NCBI GenBank assembly: GCA_964016885.1
Contig: OZ024741.1
Span: 13,578,001-13,642,000, forward strand
DNA from: Eledone cirrhosa
Lineage: Eukaryota
Length of the DNA: 64,000 nucleotides
Direction: 5' to 3'
This document shows positions 54,701-64,000 of this stretch, piece by piece. The number at the start of each line of letters is the position of its first letter. Positions within the stretch are counted from its first letter, which is position 1. A program made the position numbers and the translations under genes. The notes beneath the pieces were generated by a model, which saw only the letters and a program-made list of their open reading frames with translations, made no database searches and had not been told where the DNA came from.

Positions 54701-56498
54701 ACCAACTCTGCCATTCTATCCAATGTTCTACCAGCTCTGCCATTCTATCCAATGTTCTACCAGCTCTGCCATTCTATCCAATGTTCTACCAACTCTGCCA
54801 TTCTATCCAATGTTCTACCAACTCTGCCATTCTATCCAATGTTCTACCAGCTCTGCCATTCTATCCAATGTTCTACCAGCTCTGCCATTCTATCCAATGT
54901 TCTACCAACTCTGCCATTCTATCCAATGTTCTACCAACTCTGCCATTCTATCCAATGTTCTACCAACTCTGCCATTCTATCCAATGTTCTACCAGCTCTG
55001 CCATTCTATCTAATGTTCTACCAACTCTGCCATTCTACCCATTGTTCTACCAGCTCTGCCATTCTATCCAATGTTCTACCAGCTCTGCCATTCTATCCAA
55101 TGTTCTACCAGCTCTGCCATTCTATCCAATGTTCTACCAGCTCTGCCATTCTATCCAATGTTCTACCAACTCTGCCATTCTATCCAATGTTCTACCAACT
55201 CTGCCATTCTATCCAATGTTCTCCCAACTCTGCCATTCTATCCATTGTTCTACCAGCTCTGCCATTCTATCCAATGTTCTACCAGCTCTGCCATTCTATC
55301 CAATGTTCTGCCAGCTCTGCCATTCTATCCAATGTTCTACCAACTCTGCCATTCTATCCAATGTTCTACAAACTCTGCCATTCTATCCAATGTTCTACCA
55401 ACTCTGCCATTCCATCCAATGTTCTACCAACTCTGCCATTCTATCCAATGTTCTACCAGCTCTGCCATTCTATCCAATGTTCTACCAGCTCTGCCATTCT
55501 ATCCAATGTTCTACCAACTCTGCCATTCTATCCAATGTTCTACCAATTCTGCCATTCTATCCAATGTTCTACCAAGTCTGCCATTCTATCCAATGTTATA
55601 CCAAGTCTGCCATTCTATCCAATGTTCTACCAGCTCTGCCATTCTATCCAATGTTCTACCAACTCTGCCATTCTATCCAATGTTCTACCAACTCTGCCAT
55701 TCTATCCAATGTTCTACCAGCTCTGCCATTCTATCCAATGTTCTACCAACTCTGCCATTCTATCCAATGTTCTACCAGCTCTGCCATTCTATCCAATGTT
55801 CTACCAACTCTGCCATTCTATCCAATGTTCTACCAGCTCTGCCATTCTATCCAATGTTCTACCAGCTCTGCCATTCTATCCAATGTTCTACTAACTCTGC
55901 CATTCTATCCAATGTTCTACCAACTCTGCCATTCTATCCAATGTTCTACCAGCTCTGCCATTCTATCCAATGTTCTACCAACTCTGCCATTCTATCCAAT
56001 GTTCTACCAGCTCTGCCATTCTATCCAATGTTCTACCAGCTCTGCCATTCTATCCAATGTTCTACCAGCTCTGCCATTCTATCCAATGTTCTACCAACTC
56101 TGCCATTCTATCCAATGTTCTACCAACTCTGCCATTCTATCCAATGTTCTACCAGCCCTGCCATTCTATCCAATGTTCTACCAACTCTGCCATTCTATCC
56201 AATGTTCTACCAACTCTGCCATTCTATCCAATGTTCTACCAACTCTGCCATTCTATCCAATGTTCTACCAGCTCTGCCATTCTATCTAATGTTCTACCAA
56301 CTCTGCCATTCTACCCATTGTTCTACCAGCTCTGCCATTCTATCCAATGTTCTACCAGCTCTGCCATTCTATCCAATGTTCTACCAACTCTGCCATTCTA
56401 TCCAATGTTCTACCAGCTCTGCCATTCTATCCAATGTTCTACCAACTCTGCCATTCTATCCAATGTTCTACCAACTCTGCCATTTTGGAGCCTTCATC
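51775..56498 (-). mobile_element. SINE family A copy whose A-box segment is expanded into the 29-bp array
   Basis: The minus strand reads ggctccaaaa-[TGGCAGAGTTGGTAGAACATTGGATAGAA]n-tgttttatggtatttg...GAGTTCAAATTCtgctgagatcaactttgcctttcatcc...gataaacaaaaatacc. Confidence 0.8.
51900..56482. repeat. 29-bp minisatellite, CTCTGCCATTCTATCCAATGTTCTACCA(A/G), ~158 units
   Basis: Exact 29-nt periodicity with no visible indels. All three + frames give the same 29-aa repeat, as expected for a non-3n unit lacking stops. Confidence 0.98.
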
Positions 56499-56527
56499 AG
56501 TTTATATAGTTATATTAAAATGTCAGA

Positions 56528-56947
56528 AATGGATGCCCTTCCTAACACCAACCTCATTTACAGTGAGTGCTGGGAGCTTTTTTGCCGTGGCACCTCCACG
56601 ACCACTTTACAGTGGGAAGGTGTGGAGGCATATTGTCTATATGCTTCAGCTTCGGCTTGTACCTGTATGAAGTTGGGTCTTCTGTATTACTGCGTGACGC
56701 CAGAGGTCACGGTCGTGTGTCACCTTGAGAGGTGCAATTGGGTAAGGTCTGCTTTTATCACCTCATCCTAGGTCTTCTTGGGATTTCCCCACTCCGTGGC
56801 TGCCATAGACTTCTAGTGCCCTGCACCTTTTTATGCAGCTGTCATCCTTCATGCACATCACATGTCCATACCAATGCAGCCTCCTCTCCTGCACACAGCA
56901 TTTGATTCCTCTTATGTTCAGTCTCTCTCTCAACTCGTTTATGCTTT
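56528..56947 (-). mobile_element. Second copy of the composite RTE-ORF-end + SINE-body element (tail missing)
   Basis: The reverse complement aligns with 6608-7070, including the junction tacaagccgaagctgaagcatatagacaatatgcc. It has only one aaaaagc.cccagc unit. Confidence 0.88.
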
Positions 56948-57299
56948 ATAATTAGTAAGCTAATTATGACCCACTATATATATATAATAATAATAATGAA
57001 AATTATTGTGTACAGTGCTCAGGTGCACTATGACTCATCAAAGGTGCATGTGTAGTACATAGAATAATGTACAAATATATATTATTGATCCCCATCTTTA
57101 TTAAAATTTGGTGCAAATTTTTATGAAATTATTCTTTGAGAAGGATAGCACCAACAATTTTATAAGTGGTGAAGACAACTTCTTTTTCAAGAAAAAACTT
57201 TAATCCTTTTGATACTAAAGCTCATGAAACTGCCCCTGGTTCTATAATATAATCAGTTTTGTTTTAAAGCATTTATATTCTTCTAAAAACTTCTTCACC

Positions 57300-57528
57300 C
57301 ACTTATTCCTGAGAGGGTCGTGGAAGCAGTGTCCTCAAACACTCCTTCCAGGGGGTCCTGTCAGAAGCAGTCGTCTCAAACTGACCTGGCTGGATCCCCA
57401 AGTGAGACCAAGCTCATAGATGTTATCCAACCATCTTACTTGGGACCCCTGGCTCTCCTACCAGTTGGTTTTGCCCGTAAAATCTGTCCAGCGATTCTTT
57501 CCTGAGGCATTCTAACCACATGGCCATT
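57300..57528 (-). mobile_element. RTE LINE 3' fragment of a different subfamily
   Basis: The minus strand translates GHVVRMPQERIAGQILRAKPTGRRARG..RWLDNI, an RTE C-terminal motif. Confidence 0.75.
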
Positions 57529-57603
57529 CTAACCATCATCCAAACACTTTATGTTCCTAACACCAGCTTAATAATGAGGAAATTAGTTATATTTCTAAAC
57601 CCC

Positions 57604-57892
57604 TTAACCCTTTAGCATTTACATTACTCTATATATACTATTGCATTTTGGGGGTAAAGGCTTTATCTCACACAATTATTACATTACTCTATATATACTA
57701 TTGTATTTTAACAGTAAAGGCTTTATCTCACATAATTATTTCACATAATATTGAATCTATGAGATTTTGATATTATTTATTTTGACAACAATACCTTAAC
57801 ATCAGTATGAGTGGCTGCTTACAGCTGGTTTGAAAAGAAAGAGGCGAGAGAACACTGGCAGGATACGGTTGGTTTAAATGCTAAAGGGTTAA
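57604..57892. mobile_element. piggyBac-type MITE, paralogue of 5233-5449, with an internal 60-bp tandem duplication
   Basis: Same TIRs and TTAA ends; acattactctatatatacta occurs at both 57621 and 57681. Confidence 0.85.
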
Positions 57893-58267
57893 TTGAAAAT
57901 CATCGACAGTGTCTTTCATTAGAAATACTTCAATAAAAAGGTTATTAAAGTGTTTATATTTATCTAAAGTTTATGTACAAAACAATGAAGTTATATGACT
58001 AAATCCTTTCAAATTCTTGATTATTTTTAAAGTTATTTGATAGAAACACATTGGTAGTGTATTTTATTAGAAATATGGTAAAGGGTTAAATTCTTCAAAT
58101 CTTCTGCTACTTAACAAACAGAAGAAAAACAGCGAGTGAATTCACGAAGAAGTAGAAACAGGGCCTTGTACTGGAATCACAAGAAATTTACTGTTCTGGT
58201 GATATCTTGTCTGAGAAATATAGACATTCTAATTTACATAGGAGATTGTTTAATGTTAAATTTGACA

Positions 58268-58410
58268 CATATATGTGTATATATAAATATATATATATAT
58301 ATGAATAAAGTTAGTCCTTCATCAGTGATCTTCCAACCATCATTGGTATACACTCAGATACATATATGCACGCACACATATATTTATATACATATACAAA
58401 TACAGACGTT

Positions 58411-58460
<50 letters not shown>

Positions 58461-58512
58461 CATATATACACATACCCATCCATATATATATATTCATACA
58501 CACATATATGTA
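58268..58512. repeat. (TA)n/(CA)n microsatellite cluster
   Basis: Direct dinucleotide runs, including (CA)~18 at 58414-58450. Confidence 0.9.
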
Positions 58513-58619
58513 GATACACCCACACATGTCTAGCAACATTGAGGAGATAATGGTGTGGAGACTTCATGTCCAGCTCACCAGGATATGGAAGAAACAAGCT
58601 AACTAAATCCAAAGTGTTA

Positions 58620-61318
58620 AGGTTGTGGTGGTGGTGGTGGCGGTGGCGGTGGCGGTGATAGTGTTGATGATGGTGATGGTGGCCATAGTAATAGTGATAA
58701 TAGTCATGGTGATAGTGATGGTGGTGGTGATAGGATGATGGCGGTCATGATAGTGGTGGTGGTGGTAGTGGTGCTAGTGGTAATGGTGTTAGTGATAGTA
58801 GTGGTTGTGATAGTGGTGATAGTGATGGTGGTTGTGGTAGTGGTGGTGGTGGTAGTGGTGGTGATGGTAGTGGTGATAGTGGTAGTGGTGGTAGTGGTGA
58901 TAGTGATAGCGGTTGTGGTAGTGGTGATAGTGGTAGTGGTGGTGGTGGTAGTGGTGATAGTGATGGCGGTTGTGGTAGTGATGATGATGATAGTGGTGGT
59001 GGTGGTGGTGGTGGTAGTGGTGATAGTGATGGTGGTGCTGGTAGTGGTGATAGTGGTAGTGGTGGTGGTGGTAGTGGTGATAGTGATGGTGGTGCTGGTA
59101 GTGGTGATAGTGGTGGTGCTGGTAGTGGTGATAGTGGTAGTGGTGGTGGTGGTAGTGGTGATAGTGATGGTGGTTGTGGTAGTGATGATACTGGTGGTGG
59201 TGGTGGTGGTAGTGGTGATAGTGATGGTGGTTTTGGTAGTGGTGATAGTGGTAGTGGTGGTGGTGGTAGTGGTGATAGTGATGGTGGTTTTGGTAGTGGT
59301 GATAGTGGTGGTGGTAGTGGTGATAGTGGTGGCAGTGGTAGTGGTGATAGTGATGGTGGTTTTGGTAGTGGTGATAGTGGTGGTGGTGGTGGTGGTAGTG
59401 GTGATAGTGATGGTGGTTTTGGTAGTGGTGATAGTGGTGGTGGTGGTGGTGGTAGTGGTGATAGTGATGGTGGTTTTGGTAGTGGTGATAGTGGTGGTGG
59501 TGGTAGTGGTGATAGTGATGGTGGTTTTGGTAGTGGTGATAGTGGTGGTGGTGGTGGTGGTAGTGGTGATAGTGATGGTGGTTTTGGTAGTGGTGATAGT
59601 GGTGGTGGTGGTAGTGGTGATAGTGATGGTGGTTTTGGTAGTGGTGATAGTGGTGGTGGTGGTAGTGGTGATAGTGATGGTGGTTTTGGTAGTGGTGATA
59701 GTGGTGGTGGTGGTGGTGGTAGTGGTGATAGTGATGGTGGTTTTGGTAGTGGTGATAGTGGTAGTGGTGGTGGTGGTAGTGGTGATAGTGATGGTGGTTT
59801 TGGTAGTGGTAGTGGTGGTGGTGGTAGTGGTGATAGTGATGGTGGTTTTGGTAGTGGTGATAGTGGTGGTGGTGGTGGTGGTAGTGGTGATAGTGATGGT
59901 GGTTTTGGTAGTGGTGATAGTGGTGGTGGTGGTGGTAGTGGTGATAGTGATGGTGGTTTTGGTAGTGGTGATAGTGGTGGTGGTGGTGGTGGTAGTGGTG
60001 ATAGTGATGGTGGTTTTGGTAGTGGTGATAGTGATGGTGGTTTTGGTAGTGGTGATAGTGGTAGTGGTGGTGGTGATAGTGGTAATAGTGATGGTGGTTG
60101 TGGTGGTAGTGGTGATAGTGATGGTGGTTTTGGTAGTGGTGATAGTGGTGGTGGTAGTGGTGATAGTGGTGGCGGTGGTAGTGGTGATAGTGATGGTGGT
60201 TTTGGTAGTGGTGATAGTGGTGGTGGTGGTGGTGGTAGTGGTGATAGTGGTGGTGGTGGTAGTGGTGATAGTGATGGTGGTTTTGGTAGTGGTGGTGGTG
60301 GTAGTGGTGATAGTGATGGTGGTTTTGGTAGTGATGACGATGATAGTGGTGGTGGTGGTGGTGGTAGTGGTGATAGTGATGGTGGTTTTGGTAGTGGTGA
60401 TAGTGGTAGTGGTGGTGGTGGTAGTGGTGATAGTGATGGTGGTTGTGGTAGTGATGATGATGATAGTGGTGGTGGTGGTGGTGGTAGTGGTGATAGTGAT
60501 GGTGGTTTTGGTAGTGGTGATAGTGGTGGTGGTGGTGGTGGTAGTGGTGATAGTGGTGGTGGTGGTAGTGGTGATAGTGATGGTGGTTTTGGTAGTGGTG
60601 ATAGTGGTGGTGGTGGTGGTGGTAGTGGTGATAGTGATGGTGGTTGTAGTAGTGATGATGATGATAGTGGTGGTGGTGGTGGTGGTAGTGGTGATAGTGA
60701 TGGTGGTTTTGGTAGTGGTGATAGTGGTGGTGGTGGTAGTGGTGATAGTGATGGTGGTTGTGGTAGTGATGATAGTGGTGGTGGTGGTGGTGGTAGTGGT
60801 GATAGTGATGGTGGTTTTGGTAGTGGTGATAGTGGTAGTGGTGGTGGTGGTAGTGGTGATAGTGATGGTGGTTGTGGTAGTGATGATGATGACAGTGGTG
60901 GTGGTGGTGGTAGTGGTGATAGTGATGGTGGTTTTGGTAGTGGTGATAGTGGTAGTGGTGGTGGTGGTAGTGATGGTGGTGCTGGTAGTGGTGGTGGTGC
61001 TGGTAGTGGTGATAGTGGTGGTGGTGATGATGACAGTGGTGGTGGTGTTGGTGGTAGTGGTGATAGTGATGGTGGTGCTGGTAGTGGTGATAGTGGTAGT
61101 GGTGGTGGTGGTAGTGATGGTGGTGATAGTGGTGGTGGTGATGATGACAGTGGTGGTGGTGGTGGTGGTAGTGGTGATAGTGATGGTGGTGCTGGTAGTG
61201 GTGATAGTGGTAGTGGTGGTGGTGGTGGTAGTGATGGTGGTGCTGGTAGTGGTGATAGTGGTGGTGGTGATGATGACAGTGGTGGTGGTGGTGCTGGTAG
61301 TGGTGATGATGGTGATTT
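58620..61318. repeat. Trinucleotide-derived minisatellite: GTAGTGGTGATAGTGATGGTGGTTTTGGTAGTGGTGATAGTG(GTG)n, ~51-57-bp variable unit
   Basis: Recurrent GGTTTTGG marker in the core (59220-60940), with GCTG/TTGTG variants at both edges. Confidence 0.92.
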
Positions 61319-61519
61319 GTGCACTAAATTTATGAGGTTTCTTTGTTGTATTTTTGTAATTTATATCTTCTATAAATCTCTTGTTGAATAAAAGCCTCCA
61401 AAGTTGTGTTAGACATAACTTAGAAGTTGACTTTTATATTTTTACTCAATAAATTTGTCACCAAACCTTGTTGGCTGCTGGAGACAAACATCTTTATCTC
61501 TCATCACTTCTATAATAAT

Positions 61520-61566
61520 CATAATAATCAATTGTTTCTCATTTAGGCACATAGCCAACAATTTTG
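61520..61566 (-). mobile_element. SINE family A 3' end fragment
   Basis: Reverse complement aaattgttggctatgtgcctaaatgagaaacaat matches the 3' end at 50908-50945. Confidence 0.55.
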
Positions 61567-61641
61567 GTCTACACATCAAAAATAAACGTGTTCCGCTGGT
61601 CAATATGTGAATATCGACTTGGTTTATTTGATGTTTTTTTT

Positions 61642-63530
61642 TTGTATTACACTTCTAGTTTGAAACAGTGTAGAAGTGTAAAACAACAGTGTTTTGTATT
61701 ACACTATAGTTTGAAACAGTGTAGAAGTGTAAAACAACAGTGTTTTGTATTACACTATAGTTTGAAACAGTGTAGAAGTGTAAAACAACAGTGTTTTGTA
61801 TTACACTATAGTTTGAAACAGTGTAGAAGTGTAAAACAACAGTGTTTTGTATTACACTATAGTTTGAAACAGTGTAGAAGTGTAAAACAACAGTGTTTTG
61901 TATTACACTATAGTTTGAAACAGTGTAGAAGTGTAAAACAACAGTGTTTTGTATTACACTATAGTTTCAAACAGTGTAGAAGTGTAAAACAACAGTGTTT
62001 TGTATTACACTATAGTTTGAAACAGTGTAGAAGTGTAAAACAACAGTGTTTTGTATTACACTATAGTTTCAAACAGTGTAGAAGTGTAAAACAACAGTGT
62101 TTTGTATTACACTATAGTTTGAAACAGTGTAGAAGTGTAAAACAACAGTGTTTTGTATTACACTATAGTTTGAAACAGTGTAGAAGTGTAAAACAACAGT
62201 GTTTTGTATTACACTATAGTTTGAAACAGTGTAGAAGTGTAAAACAACAGTGTTTTGTATTACACTATAGTTTGAAACAGTGTAGAAGTGTAAAACAACA
62301 GTGTTTTGTATTACACTATAGTTTGAAACAGTGTAGAAGTGTAAAACAACAGTGTTTTGTATTACACTATAGTTTCAAACAGTGTAGAAGTGTAAAACAA
62401 CAGTGTTTTGTATTACACTATAGTTTGAAACAGTGTAGAAGTGTAAAACAACAGTGTTTTGTATTACACTATAGTTTCAAACAGTGTAGAAGTGTAAAAC
62501 AACAGTGTTTTGTATTACACTATAGTTTGAAACAGTGTAGAAGTGTAAAACAACAGTGTTTTGTATTACACTATAGTTTGAAACAGTGTAGAAGTGTAAA
62601 ACAACAGTGTTTTGTATTACACTTCTAGTTTGAAACAGTATAGAAGTGTAAAACAACAGTGTTTTGTATTACACTATAGTTTCAAACAGTGTAGAAGTGT
62701 AAAACAACAGTGTTTTGTATTACACTATAGTTTCAAACAGTGTAGAAGTTTAAAACAACAGTGTTTTGTATTACACTATACTTTGAAACAGTATAGACGT
62801 GTAAAACAACAGTGTTTTGTATTACATTATAGTTTGAAACAGTATAGAAGTGTAAAACAACAGTGTTTTGTATTACACTATAGTTTCAAACAGTGTAGAA
62901 GTGTAAAACAACAGTGTTTTGTATTACACTATAGTTTGAAACAGTGTAGAAGTGTAAAACAACAGTGTTTTGTATTACACTATAGTTTGAAACAGTGTAG
63001 AAGTGTAAAACAACAGTGTTTTGTATTACACTATAGTTTGAAACAGTATAGAAGTGTAAAACAACAGTGTTTTGTATTACACTATAGTTTCAAACAGTGT
63101 AGAAGTGTAAAACAACAGTGTTTTGTATTACACTATAGTTTGAAACAGTATAGAAGTGTAAAACAACAGTGTTTTGTATTACACTATAGTTTCAAACAGT
63201 GTAGAAGTGTAAAACAACAGTGTTTTGTATTACACTATAGTTTCAAACAGTGTAGAAGTGTAAAACAATAATGTTTTGTATTACACTATAGTTTCAAACA
63301 GTGTAGAAGTGTAAAACAACAGTGTTTTGTATTACACTATAGTTTCAAACAGTGTAGAAGTGTAAAACAACAGTGTTTTATATTACACTATAGTTTGAAA
63401 CAGTGCAGAAGTGTAAAACAATAATGTTTTGTATTACACTATAGTTTGAAACAGTGTAGAAGTGTAAAACAACAGTGTTTTGTATTACACTATAGTTTCA
63501 AACAGTATAGAAGTGTAAAACAAGTGTTTT
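61642..63530. repeat. 51-bp minisatellite, TTGTATTACACTATAGTTT(G/C)AAACAGTGTAGAAGTGTAAAACAACAGTGTT, ~37 units
   Basis: Exact 51-nt periodicity, giving a 17-aa repeat in the ORF track. Confidence 0.97.
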
Positions 63531-63569
63531 GAAGGGTTACAGCTATATAAAAAGGACATTAAATGGTAA

Positions 63570-64000
63570 GACACACACGCCTACACCCACACTCATACCT
63601 ACTCACACAGATGCACTTTGCACACAGACACCTACACACTTAGATTTATCAGATACACAGACACATTTACATACACACTTAGGTATATCACCTACACATA
63701 CATACATCACCTACATACACATACATACATCACCTAGATACACACTAAAGTATATCAAATCCTCTTTTACTCAGGCCTCTATAACATTGTATACTACATC
63801 TAATGACTATATATGGTTGTCAGTGTTTCATTTGATGATGAGGATGATAATGCTGGTGGTGGTGGTGATGTTAGTGTTAGTGTTGGTGGTGGTGATGTTT
63901 GTGTTAGTGTTGGTGGTGGTGGTGGTGGTGATGTTAGTGGTGGTGGTGGTGGTGGTGATGTTAGTGGTGGTGGTGGTGGTGATGTTAGTGTTGGTGGTGG
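63570..64000. repeat. Degenerate (CA)-rich tract followed by a (GGT)n/GATGTTAGT tract running off the window
   Basis: Low-complexity runs at 63570-63750 and 63835-64000. Confidence 0.8.

Larger units (their letters stand above)
57200..58089 (+). mobile_element. piggyBac-type MITE family 2 region with nested insertions
   Basis: Left TTAAtCCTTTTGATA (57200) and right atatggtaAAGGG-TTAA (58089). A second degenerate right end at ~57893-57945 suggests two copies. Confidence 0.55.

Noticed and set aside
51842-56771. 1459-aa Cys/His-rich ORF and overlapping ORFs
   Set aside because: The 29-nt unit yields the same peptide in all three frames and is traceable to a SINE head.
58100-58612. Possible minus-strand exons (LDLVSLFLPYPGELDMKSPHH; TRYHQNSKFLVIPVQGP)
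   Set aside because: There is no recognisable homology and the splice signals are weak or ambiguous.
58735-61335. Poly-Val (866 aa) and Pro-rich extensin-like (859 aa) ORFs
   Set aside because: They are alternative readings of a GTG/GTA/GAT trinucleotide array.
61642-63530. CRISPR-like motifs (GTTTT start, TTGAAAC end, palindromes)
   Set aside because: Units are contiguous with no unique spacers, there are no cas genes and the context is eukaryotic.

Overview
AT-rich eukaryotic, repeat-dominated window with no recognisable host protein-coding gene, rRNA/tRNA gene or CRISPR array. The SINE/RTE repertoire and abundant (GTA/GTG/TA/CA)n tracts suggest a cephalopod (octopus-like) genome; this is an inference. 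About 80% of the window is tandem repeat: a 15-bp array (1-5180), a ~36-kb 42-bp array with nested higher-order structure (9391-45561), a 29-bp array (51900-56482), a trinucleotide-based array (58620-61318) and a 51-bp array (61642-63530). The spacers hold nested transposon relics: two tRNA-derived SINE families, RTE-clade LINE fragments and RTE-tailed elements, TTAA/piggyBac-type MITEs, non-autonomous Helitron-like elements and Tc1/mariner-type scraps. All long ORFs in the track are best explained as repeat artefacts. The most notable observations are (1) the 29-bp satellite is the tandemly amplified Pol III A-box segment of a SINE whose body and 5' end still flank it, (2) the 42-bp array has a 3601-bp (86-mer) higher-order repeat with layered ages, and (3) a chimeric RTE-ORF-end plus SINE-body element recurs in the window. 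I did not find a supportable novel multi-gene system.
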